Below, piece after piece: positions 15,058-25,214 of a stretch of 40,514 bases of DNA; within the stretch, counting starts at the first letter, position 1; each line of letters begins with the position of its first letter. A model generated the notes under the pieces. The model worked only from the letters and a program-made list of their open reading frames with translations, did not search any database and was not told the origin of the DNA. The position numbers were made by a program, and so were the translations under genes. Source of the stretch: a virus (taxonomy: Duplodnaviria > Caudoviricetes); IMG/VR virus record IMGVR_UViG_3300037634_005711, positions 1 to 40,514 of that record; one strand, written 5' to 3'.

Positions 15058-17589
15058 TTGTATCAAAGTATTTATATAGACAGGCATAAGCGTAAGGTTC
15101 ACTTATGGGATGATAAGGATGGATATACAATAGAATCCCTCCATCCTTATCTATATGGATATTTTAAAGATCCACGTGGTAAGAAAAAAGCTATCGATGG
15201 TAAAACTGTTCGTAGAATTAAAGTTACAGAAGAAGTAAAACATGCTGCGAGGAGTTCTGATAAGAAGCATTTATATTATGAAACAGATGTAGCATTAGAG
15301 ACCAGAGTACTTATCGATAAATATGGCGATTCAGATACCCCTAGTACTAATCTGCGTGAGTTCAATTTTGATATTGAGACAGAGATACTGCAAGGATTTC
15401 CAGATTGGAAAAATCCTATAAATCAAATAACTGCAATAGCTTGGCATGAGAAATCATTAGATGAATATTGTGTATTAGTTCTTGATGAAGATGGATTAGT
15501 TGAAGATTCTGTAAAGGGTAATGTAGAGATTATATCGTGTCGAGATGAGCAGCAACTATTAGAGATATTTCTAGATAAATATGCCCAGATAGCACCACAT
15601 GTATTAACGGGATGGAATGTTGAAGGATTTGATATCCCATATCTAATTAATAGGATTGGTCGCGTATTAGGAGATGATGCAGCTCGTAAGTTAAGCCCTG
15701 TTGGTAGGATTTCATATAGAGATGGTATTGATAAGTGGTTTATAGAAGGTGTATCTATATTAGATTATATGTTATTGTATAAGAAATTTACTATGGGTGA
15801 GAAGCCAACATATCGATTAGATGCAATTGGTAAAGATGAGGTAAATTTAGGTAAGATTGAATACGATGGTAATCTAGATGATTTATTTGCTAGTGATATC
15901 AATAAGTATATTGAATATAACTTAAATGATGTTGAAATTGTCAAGAGGTTAGATGATAAACTTAAATTTATAGATTTAGCTAGAGCAATATGTCATAAAG
16001 GTCATGTTCCATATCAACAAATACATATTACATCTGCATATCTTGAAGGAGCTATACTAACGCATACTCATAGATTAGGAGTAGTCACAAAGAATAAGCC
16101 GCAGGATGTTGTTAAAGAAAGTAAATTTTCTGGTGCATTCGTAAAAGTGCCAAATCCTGGTAGGTATGATTGGATATATGATTTAGATTTAACATCACTA
16201 TACCCATCTATTATTATGACGTTGAATATATCACCAGAAACAAAAATTGGAAAATTCGATGACTTTAATACAGATGATTTTAGAAGTAGAAAGTCTCGAG
16301 ATTGGAGATTAGATATTGATGGTAAGATGTCTGTAGATATGAAAGGTGATGAGATATTTGAATTTCTAAATACTGAGAAATGTTCAATTGGATCTAATGG
16401 AGCTATTTACAAGACGGAAAAAGCTGGCCTGATTCCTGCTATATTAGATAGATGGTTTAAAGAGAGAGTTGAGTATAAAAATTTACGTAAGAAGTTTGAG
16501 AAGGAAGGTAATGAAGCGCAAGCCGCTTACTTTGATCAAATGCAATATGTAACGAAAATCTTACTTAATTCTATGTACGGTGTATTAGGATTGAAATCAT
16601 TTAGATTCTTTGATATTGATAATGCTGAAGCTGTTACAGCTACAGGTCAACAATTAATTAAAGCAACTGGTGAGTTTGGCAGTAAGTTTTATAACGACGA
16701 GATAGGTACAAAAGATATCGATTATATTATATATACAGATACAGACTCAGTATTCTTAAGTGCACTACCACTAATTAATAAGCGATATCCGCATATTGAT
16801 ACTGAAGATAAAACTGCGATGACAAAAGCAATTTTACCTATTGCAGAAGAAGTTCAAGATTATATCAATAAGATGTATGATTTATATGCAAAGAGGATAC
16901 ATAATGTAGATATACATCGATTTGATATAAAGCAGGAGCTAATATCTAAATCAGGGATATGGATAGCAAAAAAGAGATATGCACAGTGGGTGATTAATCA
17001 AGAGGGACATCCTTGTGATAAGTTAGATGTAAAAGGTATTGATGTTGTAAGATCTAGCTTTCCAGCTGCTATGAGAAAATTTTTAGCTAATGTTTTGCAG
17101 AGTATATTAGAGAATAAAACTCAATTTACTATTGATGAAATGATAGTTGATTTTAGAGATAAGATGAAGGAGATGGATGTATCAGAGATCGCTAAATCAA
17201 CAGGTGTAAAAAATATTGAGAAGCATGTATTTAAAGATGATGGTATTATAGAGTTACAGAAAGGAGCTCCTGCACATGTTAAAGCTGCTGTAGCATATAA
17301 TAATATGTTACGTAGAATAGAATCAGGTGAGTTAGGTGAAATACGTAGTGGTGACAAAATCAAATGGGTATATTTAAAAACTAACCCACAGGGGTTAGAT
17401 GCTATGGCATTTAAAAATTATGATGATCCAGATCAAATTATAGAGTTTATATCTAAGTATGTTAATTATGATAAGATATTTGATAGAGAGTTACATAATA
17501 AACTGAGTTCGTTCTACGATGCACTCAAATGGGGTAAAGTACCTAATCATGATATGAAACAAATTAATAAATTTTTCGACTTCTCGTAG
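15058..17589 (+). CDS. Family B DNA polymerase with 3'-5' exonuclease
   Basis: FDIETE, GWN..GFD, YNLNDV, DLTSLYPS, K...NSMYG, YTDTDS, KKRY, KGID.VRS, C-terminal clamp-binding-like INKFF. TTG start abuts the previous stop. Confidence 0.97.
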   Translation: MYQSIYIDRHKRKVHLWDDKDGYTIESLHPYLYGYFKDPRGKKKAIDGKTVRRIKVTEEVKHAARSSDKKHLYYETDVALETRVLIDKYGDSDTPSTNLREFNFDIETEILQGFPDWKNPINQITAIAWHEKSLDEYCVLVLDEDGLVEDSVKGNVEIISCRDEQQLLEIFLDKYAQIAPHVLTGWNVEGFDIPYLINRIGRVLGDDAARKLSPVGRISYRDGIDKWFIEGVSILDYMLLYKKFTMGEKPTYRLDAIGKDEVNLGKIEYDGNLDDLFASDINKYIEYNLNDVEIVKRLDDKLKFIDLARAICHKGHVPYQQIHITSAYLEGAILTHTHRLGVVTKNKPQDVVKESKFSGAFVKVPNPGRYDWIYDLDLTSLYPSIIMTLNISPETKIGKFDDFNTDDFRSRKSRDWRLDIDGKMSVDMKGDEIFEFLNTEKCSIGSNGAIYKTEKAGLIPAILDRWFKERVEYKNLRKKFEKEGNEAQAAYFDQMQYVTKILLNSMYGVLGLKSFRFFDIDNAEAVTATGQQLIKATGEFGSKFYNDEIGTKDIDYIIYTDTDSVFLSALPLINKRYPHIDTEDKTAMTKAILPIAEEVQDYINKMYDLYAKRIHNVDIHRFDIKQELISKSGIWIAKKRYAQWVINQEGHPCDKLDVKGIDVVRSSFPAAMRKFLANVLQSILENKTQFTIDEMIVDFRDKMKEMDVSEIAKSTGVKNIEKHVFKDDGIIELQKGAPAHVKAAVAYNNMLRRIESGELGEIRSGDKIKWVYLKTNPQGLDAMAFKNYDDPDQIIEFISKYVNYDKIFDRELHNKLSSFYDALKWGKVPNHDMKQINKFFDFS

Positions 17590-17617
17590 GTGGTTTAATT
17601 TATTTTTCGTATATTTA
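17586..17617 (+). promoter_or_regulatory. Putative promoter GTAG-N20-TATATTTA
   Basis: Recurrent motif upstream of the clamp gene. Confidence 0.7.
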
Positions 17618-17636
17618 TTAGTATAAAAAGAAGGTT

Positions 17637-18350
17637 ATGAATAAGACACTAATTACAGGTTTTATAAGCAAATATGCACTAGGAAATAATGTTGAATCAG
17701 TAAAGTGGACTGTGAAAGATAATGTATTATCTACAGCGTTCAAGACACCTGATAAGACATGTAGAGGTACTGTATCTGCAAACAATGTTGATTTACTAGA
17801 TGGTGAAATAGGTATATTTAATACAGATCAATTGATGCGAATGCTATCAATACTAGATGATGATATTATTATTGATATACGCAAGCAGAAAGGAACACCT
17901 GTAGCGTTAGATATATCTGATAATAACACATCTGCTGGATATGTATTAGGTCAATTAGACATTATACCGAATCCTGGTAAATTGAAAATGATACCGACAT
18001 TTGTATGCAATATTACTGTAGATGATGAGTTTAGTAATAGATTCTTAAAAGCTACAGGAGCATTACCTGAATGTAATTATTTTACAGTTACTAGTGATGC
18101 AATGGGTACAGAGTTAATATTTGGATATTCAGATATAAATTCAAATACTATATCATATGGTGTAAAGAGTACTAACTCTCAGGATGTTGAGATTATACAT
18201 TTTTCATCTGATACGATGAGAGATATATTAGTAGCAAATAAAGGAATACCTGGTCAAATAGAAATTAGCCCGGTAGGTTTAATGCGCGTTTCATTTAATA
18301 CAAGTAATTATAACGCGGAATATTATTTAGTAAATAAACAAATAGATTAA
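17637..18350 (+). CDS. Sliding clamp, T4 gp45-like
   Basis: 237 aa, beta-rich, 'EIGIFN...L...LS' and C-terminal 'EIS..GLMRVSF.....YYLV'. Follows pol and precedes the clamp loader. Confidence 0.75.
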   Translation: MNKTLITGFISKYALGNNVESVKWTVKDNVLSTAFKTPDKTCRGTVSANNVDLLDGEIGIFNTDQLMRMLSILDDDIIIDIRKQKGTPVALDISDNNTSAGYVLGQLDIIPNPGKLKMIPTFVCNITVDDEFSNRFLKATGALPECNYFTVTSDAMGTELIFGYSDINSNTISYGVKSTNSQDVEIIHFSSDTMRDILVANKGIPGQIEISPVGLMRVSFNTSNYNAEYYLVNKQID

Positions 18351-18358
18351 GGAGAGTT

Positions 18359-18646
18359 ATGTTTATACCGATAAACGACAATGTGGTTATTAAACCTATT
18401 GATGCACAGGATGTAACACACGGTGGTGTTATTATACCTGATACATCACAAGAAGCAACTATGCAGGCAGAAGTTGTAGCACACGGACCTGGAGCTGTAT
18501 TAATGGACGGAAAACGTCATAATATGCAGGTAGAGATTGGTAGTAAAGTTGTGTATGCAAAATTTGGTGCAAAGAAGTTAGATTATCAAGGTGAAGAGTA
18601 TCTAATTTGTAAAGAAGCAGATTTATTAACAATTATAGAGGAATAA
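18359..18646 (+). CDS. groES: Co-chaperonin GroES
   Basis: PINDNVVI, T.GGVIIPD mobile loop, VVA.GPG, G.KV.Y.K, EYLI..E.DLL.II. Confidence 0.96.
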   Translation: MFIPINDNVVIKPIDAQDVTHGGVIIPDTSQEATMQAEVVAHGPGAVLMDGKRHNMQVEIGSKVVYAKFGAKKLDYQGEEYLICKEADLLTIIEE

Positions 18647-20295
<1,649 letters not shown>

Positions 20296-20298
20296 GGT

Positions 20299-21204
20299 AT
20301 GCAAGAACAACATACAATTTGGACAGAGAAGTATAGACCTGATACATTAGAGGGATATATAGGTAATATAGATATTACTAGTAAAGTTAAAGTATATTTG
20401 GAGAGTGGTGACATACCACATCTCCTTTTATACGGTAAAGCAGGTACAGGTAAAACAACATTAGCAAAGCTTATAATTAAAAATATAGATTGCGATTACA
20501 TCTACATTAATGCATCAGATGAGAATAATGTAGATACAGTACGTAATAAGATTAGAGACTTTGCTAGTAGTGTTGGGTTTGAACCATTAAAGGTTATTAT
20601 ATTAGATGAAGCTGATTATATGACGCCAAATGCGCAAGCTGCTTTAAGAAATCTTATGGAGACATTTTCTAAACATACTAGATTTATATTAACATGTAAC
20701 TATGTTGAAAAGATCATCGATCCTATTCAAAGTAGATGTCAAGTATTTGGAGTAACACCTCCGTCTAGAAAAGATGTCGCTGAGAGATTATTATCTATCA
20801 CTAAAAGTGAAGCAATAGCTGATGATAAAGAAGCTATAGTGACTATTGTTAACTCTACTTACCCTGATATTAGACGGAGTATTAATTCACTACAACGTCA
20901 AGTTGTTAACGGAAAAATTGTAGTAGATGAAGCATCTTTATTAGAAGCTGATTATATGACAAAGATATTAGATGAGTTACAAAATGGTAAGTCATTTACA
21001 AAGATAAGACAAATAGTAGCAGATAGTAAAGTAAAAACATTTGAAGATTTATTTAGATTTTTATTCGACAATGTAGATAATTATAGTACAGATGCTGCTG
21101 CAGTAATAACAATCATTGCACAGACACAGTATCAAGCTTCATTTGCAGTAGATAAAGAAATAAATGTTATGTCAATGTTTAATCAAATATTAGGAGTAAT
21201 ATAA
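20299..21204 (+). CDS. Clamp loader AAA+ subunit (RFC small / T4 gp44-like)
   Basis: WTEKYRP, PHLLLYG.AGTGKTT, NASDE, ILDEAD, AQAALR, SRC, PDIRR. Confidence 0.95.
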   Translation: MQEQHTIWTEKYRPDTLEGYIGNIDITSKVKVYLESGDIPHLLLYGKAGTGKTTLAKLIIKNIDCDYIYINASDENNVDTVRNKIRDFASSVGFEPLKVIILDEADYMTPNAQAALRNLMETFSKHTRFILTCNYVEKIIDPIQSRCQVFGVTPPSRKDVAERLLSITKSEAIADDKEAIVTIVNSTYPDIRRSINSLQRQVVNGKIVVDEASLLEADYMTKILDELQNGKSFTKIRQIVADSKVKTFEDLFRFLFDNVDNYSTDAAAVITIIAQTQYQASFAVDKEINVMSMFNQILGVI

Positions 21205-21437
21205 TGGGTAAAGAGATAAATATGAATCAGAATCCACAAGTGCAGATAAATCCACAAGATTTAGAAGATGTGTGCTGTGATGAGTGTGGCGGTCAAATGT
21301 TCGTACCAGTGATGCTATTTAAAAAAATATCAGCTGTGCTATCACCTAATGGTCAGAAAGCATTATTTCCATTAGAGGTGTATAAATGTGATGGATGTGG
21401 ACATATAAACGACGAGTTTCTACCACAGAATGTCTAA
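21204..21437 (+). CDS. Zinc-ribbon protein
   Basis: CDECG ... CDGCGH; TAATG coupling to the upstream gene. Confidence 0.7.
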   Translation: MGKEINMNQNPQVQINPQDLEDVCCDECGGQMFVPVMLFKKISAVLSPNGQKALFPLEVYKCDGCGHINDEFLPQNV

Positions 21438-21867
21438 ACCGATATTTGAACATATCGCAAATGTAACTTATAAAAAAGTAGATCCTAATTCATATACAGA
21501 ATCAGACTGGAAATCATATTCACCATATATGATGAACAAATGGCTATCTATGAATAAGGGATTTATTGATGTTATAGATTTAATACAGCCGTACTATGGA
21601 TTAGATAAAGAGATTCATTACAAGATGTTATCTAGTTTGTTACCTAAGAAAAAATCATTTACAAAATATATTAAAGGTAAGAAGAGTACTAAATATAATT
21701 CTGAGCTTATTGATGTATTATGTAAGTATTATGAAGTATCTAGAGATGAAATAAAAATGTATTTAGAGTTGTTTTTTCAAGATAAGGTTCGTATATTAGA
21801 CTTAATATCAATTTTGAAGAAGTATGGACGTACTGATAAAGAGATAAAGAAGCTAATAAAGGTATAG
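21430..21867 (+). CDS. Clamp loader A subunit, T4 gp62-like
   Basis: YSPYMMNKWLS, HY..L...LPK.K.F.KY.K, YYEVS..E...YL; next to the gp44-like gene. Confidence 0.72.
   Translation: MSKPIFEHIANVTYKKVDPNSYTESDWKSYSPYMMNKWLSMNKGFIDVIDLIQPYYGLDKEIHYKMLSSLLPKKKSFTKYIKGKKSTKYNSELIDVLCKYYEVSRDEIKMYLELFFQDKVRILDLISILKKYGRTDKEIKKLIKV
21768..21799 (+). promoter_or_regulatory. Intragenic putative promoter GTTG-N20-TATATTAG
   Basis: TTCG-TATATTAG with GTTG exactly 20 nt upstream, inside the gp62-like gene and ahead of the MazG-like ORF. Confidence 0.65.
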
Positions 21868-21868
21868 T

Positions 21869-22057
21869 ATGAGTAAGATAGAAGATGCAGTAGCAAAAAA
21901 GATTCAAGATAGAGCTGAAACAGGTAAGAATAAGTATGGTGTTACTATGGAGCGCACTGATCTTAATACTGTAGAGTGGTTAACACATGCTCAAGAAGAA
22001 GCAATGGATTTAGCTGTATATTTAGAAAAGATAATTAAGATAGTGAAGAATGGGTAG
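21869..22057 (+). CDS. Small MazG-like all-alpha NTP pyrophosphohydrolase-family protein
   Basis: R...G..KYG and HAQEEAMD..Y (EExxD metal motif), 62 aa. Confidence 0.55.
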   Translation: MSKIEDAVAKKIQDRAETGKNKYGVTMERTDLNTVEWLTHAQEEAMDLAVYLEKIIKIVKNG

Positions 22058-22940
22058 AATTTCATATAGTCAATATTCGCAATATGCTACATGTCCTAAG
22101 AGATGGAAGCTTAACTATATAGATAAGCTTGGTACATATTCTCAATCAATCCACACCCTGTTTGGTACTGCTATGCACGAAGTATTGCAATCATATCTTA
22201 CAATTATGTATGAAGATTCAGCAGCTGCAGCTGAGAAAGAAGATTGGGGAATGCATTTGCAAAACTTTATGGCTAAAGAGTATCGTAAAGCTATGGCTAT
22301 GGGTCAAGAGCCCACGTTTACAAGTGCTAAAGAGATGCAAGAATTTTACGATGATGGTATTGCTATTATTGATTTCTTTATTAAAAATCGAGGTAAGTAC
22401 TTTGCTAAACGTAACTTTGAATTAATTGGTGTTGAGATACCGATAAATCAAAAGATGGTCTGTAATGAAAATGTTAACTTTATTGGTTATATAGATTTAG
22501 TTATAAAGGATCTTAGAGATAATACATATGAGGTTATCGATATCAAAACTTCTACTATGGGGTGGAATAAATATCAGAAAGCAGATAAGATTAAGACATC
22601 TCAATTAGTATTATATAAGTCATATTATGCTAAACAATTTGATGTCCCTATTAAAAATATTAGAGTTAAGTATTTTATAGTTAAACGACGACTATACGAA
22701 GGTCTGGACTTCCCGCAGAAGCGTGTTCAATTATTTGAGCCTGCTGCAGGAGTACCGACAGTGAACCGTGTTGCTGAGTCTGTAGAAGCGTTTGTTAAGC
22801 ATGGCTTTAAAGCAGATGGATCACATAATACTGATGGAAGCTTTATAGCTTTCGCAGGTAAAAATAATAAACATTGTAAATACTGTGACTTTAAAGATCA
22901 AGTAGATCTTTGTCCTAAAAAAGAAAGATTAAAGGAGTAA
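22050..22940 (+). CDS. PD-(D/E)XK nuclease, Cas4/RecB-like with 4-Cys Fe-S staple
   Basis: ISYSQ.....CP, G..MH, E, GYIDL, IDIKT, QL.LY, C-terminal CKYC......CP. Confidence 0.88.
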   Translation: MGRISYSQYSQYATCPKRWKLNYIDKLGTYSQSIHTLFGTAMHEVLQSYLTIMYEDSAAAAEKEDWGMHLQNFMAKEYRKAMAMGQEPTFTSAKEMQEFYDDGIAIIDFFIKNRGKYFAKRNFELIGVEIPINQKMVCNENVNFIGYIDLVIKDLRDNTYEVIDIKTSTMGWNKYQKADKIKTSQLVLYKSYYAKQFDVPIKNIRVKYFIVKRRLYEGLDFPQKRVQLFEPAAGVPTVNRVAESVEAFVKHGFKADGSHNTDGSFIAFAGKNNKHCKYCDFKDQVDLCPKKERLKE

Positions 22941-22942
22941 TT

Positions 22943-23161
22943 ATGTCAAAATTAATAGTAGATGCATTAAAAGCAAAGTATGTAGCAGAACGATTAGAGA
23001 GTCTAGCTAATCTACAAACATATTTATCAACTGCTGTAGGTGTAGGTGATCATTCTAATATTGTAGCAGAGTGTGATAAATTGATAGATTGTATCAGTAA
23101 AGCAGAAGGTAAGCTTCAGACAGTTACAACTCTGCTTGATCAATCATCTCCTGAGGAGTAG
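22943..23161 (+). CDS. Hypothetical helical-hairpin protein
   Basis: AAGGAG RBS; two helices around a GVGDH turn. Confidence 0.65.
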   Translation: MSKLIVDALKAKYVAERLESLANLQTYLSTAVGVGDHSNIVAECDKLIDCISKAEGKLQTVTTLLDQSSPEE

Positions 23162-23163
23162 TA

Positions 23164-23565
23164 ATGAGAGTAGGTATAATAGGTTCGCGTCAGTATGAGA
23201 ATAAGCGTAAGATTAAAGAGATGATCTTTAAGCTAAAACGTAAATTCGGTAATGACTTAACTATTGTATCTGGAGGAGCTCAGAATGGAGCAGATAAATA
23301 TGCTAGAAAGTTTGCATTAGAGTTAGATTGTAGATATTTAGAATTTAATCCTGCCCACACACAGCGTAATTTATACTCTACCATGCGCGCTTCGTACTAT
23401 GATAAAGAATATCACCCAAAATACTTTTTTCAGAGGAATACTATGTTAGCAGGGTTTGTAGATTATCTAATTGCTTTCGTACCTTATAATATACCATCAC
23501 CTGGTTCAGAGCATACCCTTAGAGAAGCGAGAAAAAAAGGTAAAAAAGTTGTTATTATTTCATAA
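23164..23565 (+). CDS. SLOG family protein (YspA/DUF2493-like)
   Basis: VGIIGSR, IVSGGA.NGAD, RN..LA...D.LIAF, S.GS.HT...A.K.GK.V. Confidence 0.8.
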   Translation: MRVGIIGSRQYENKRKIKEMIFKLKRKFGNDLTIVSGGAQNGADKYARKFALELDCRYLEFNPAHTQRNLYSTMRASYYDKEYHPKYFFQRNTMLAGFVDYLIAFVPYNIPSPGSEHTLREARKKGKKVVIIS

Positions 23566-23571
23566 TATTTT

Positions 23572-23597
23572 TGTATATATGTATATTTATATATACA
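23572..23597. promoter_or_regulatory. Inverted repeat TGTATATAT-N8-ATATATACA, putative operator overlapping a TATATTTATA promoter-like box
   Basis: Perfect 9-bp arms at 23572-23580 and 23589-23597, ending 12 nt before the RHH ATG. Confidence 0.6.
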
Positions 23598-23609
23598 GGG
23601 AGTATAATT

Positions 23610-23780
23610 ATGGATAAAATGAAGACGAAGCTAACCTCCGTTAATGTCGATAAAGACAATCATAAAAAATTTAAAATGTTATGCATACGAGATAATATCA
23701 CATTTCAAAAACTAGTTAACATAGCAGTTGAGTTATATATTAATGATAATGAGTTTAGAGAGTTAATTACAAAAAGGTAA
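23610..23780 (+). CDS. Ribbon-helix-helix transcription regulator
   Basis: Alternating strand LTSVNV, then helix (HKKFKMLC), turn (NIT), helix (FQKLVNIAVELY). ATG23610 with GGGAG RBS preferred over TTG23571. Confidence 0.7.
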   Translation: MDKMKTKLTSVNVDKDNHKKFKMLCIRDNITFQKLVNIAVELYINDNEFRELITKR

Positions 23781-23783
23781 TAT

Positions 23784-25214
23784 ATGCAAGTACCAGAGTT
23801 ACAAACTACTAATAAGAAAAAAATATTATTACTATCAGATGATTTGAGATTGCATTCAGGTGTAGGTACTATGTCAAAAGAGTTCGTTATGGGAACTCTA
23901 CATAAATACGACTGGGTACAGATTGGTGGAGCAGTTAAGCATCCGGATGAGAATAAGGTAATAGATATGTGTAAAGCGGCTACAGATTATACAGGTGTAC
24001 AAGACGCATATTTGAAAGTATATGCAACATCAGGATACGGTAATCAACATATATTACGTCAAGTTATTCAAATAGAGAAACCTGATGCTATTATGCATTT
24101 TACAGATCCTAGATTCTGGGGTTGGTTGTATGATATGGAGCATGAGCTGCGTCAGACTATGCCATTATTATATTATAATATTTGGGATGATCTACCATTT
24201 CCACACTGGAATGAAGATTTCTATGAAACATGTGATTTATTAATGGCTATATCTAAACAGACATATAATATTAATAAGCATGTATGCCAGCGCAAGCCTA
24301 GAGTAGAAGGCGTAGATTTAGCATATGTACCGCATGGTATAAATACAGATATATTCTATCCAATAGATGTAAATAATGGTGAGTATATAGCTTTTAAGGA
24401 TAAATTACTTAATGGTAAGGAGTATGATTTTCTAGCGCTATTTAATAGTCGCAACATTCACCGTAAGCGTCCAAGTGATTTAATGTTAGCATTTAAAAAG
24501 TTCTGTGATACATTACCAAGTGATTCTGCTAAAAAGTGTGCACTAATAATGCATACTGATATATCTGATCAAGCTGGGACTGACCTTCTTGCAGTTAAAC
24601 ATGCGTTATGTCCAGATTATGATATTATCTTTAGTAACCGTAAGCTACCACCACTGCAATTAAATTATTTATATAATATAGCTGATATTACTTGCAATCC
24701 ATCATCTGCAGAAGGATTTGGGCTATCTCATATGGAATCATTAATGGCAGGTACCCCGACGATAGCAACAGTAGTTGGCGGGTTACAAGATCAAATGGGA
24801 TTCATATGTGAAGATGGTGAGCCATTCAATGTTAAGCATTTAACAAAAGACATCCCGAGTAATAGTACAGGTGAGATTTCTGAAGATTGGGGTAAGTGGG
24901 TTTACCCATTATGGCCGCAGATGAATCTACAAGGATCACCTATGACTCCATATATTTATGATTCAAGACCTAGTGTTAAGAGCATTGAAGATGGATTTGC
25001 GTGGTGGTATAATATGTCTAAGGAACAGAGAGTAGTATGCGGTGAAGCAGGTCGCAAATGGGCTATTGATAATGGATTCACATCTGAAGGTATGTGTGAT
25101 GCTATGATTACATCGATTGAAGGGTGCTTTGATACGTGGAAGCCTAGAGCAAAATTCACCTTAATTAATACAAATGTAGAAAAAATAACCTATCCACATG
25201 GAGCTTTAATATAA
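23784..25214 (+). CDS. GT-B (GT4-like) glycosyltransferase
   Basis: SGVG, VPHGIN, RNI.RKR, YN.AD...PS..EGFGLS.MES..AGTP. Confidence 0.9.
   Translation: MQVPELQTTNKKKILLLSDDLRLHSGVGTMSKEFVMGTLHKYDWVQIGGAVKHPDENKVIDMCKAATDYTGVQDAYLKVYATSGYGNQHILRQVIQIEKPDAIMHFTDPRFWGWLYDMEHELRQTMPLLYYNIWDDLPFPHWNEDFYETCDLLMAISKQTYNINKHVCQRKPRVEGVDLAYVPHGINTDIFYPIDVNNGEYIAFKDKLLNGKEYDFLALFNSRNIHRKRPSDLMLAFKKFCDTLPSDSAKKCALIMHTDISDQAGTDLLAVKHALCPDYDIIFSNRKLPPLQLNYLYNIADITCNPSSAEGFGLSHMESLMAGTPTIATVVGGLQDQMGFICEDGEPFNVKHLTKDIPSNSTGEISEDWGKWVYPLWPQMNLQGSPMTPYIYDSRPSVKSIEDGFAWWYNMSKEQRVVCGEAGRKWAIDNGFTSEGMCDAMITSIEGCFDTWKPRAKFTLINTNVEKITYPHGALI

Noticed and set aside
3712-17589. Inteins or introns in helicase, RNR or polymerase
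   Set aside because: Motifs are continuous and lengths typical; no C/S...HN splice junctions or homing endonuclease ORFs seen.
22050-22940. CRISPR-Cas adaptation module
   Set aside because: No cas1, cas2 or array in the window.
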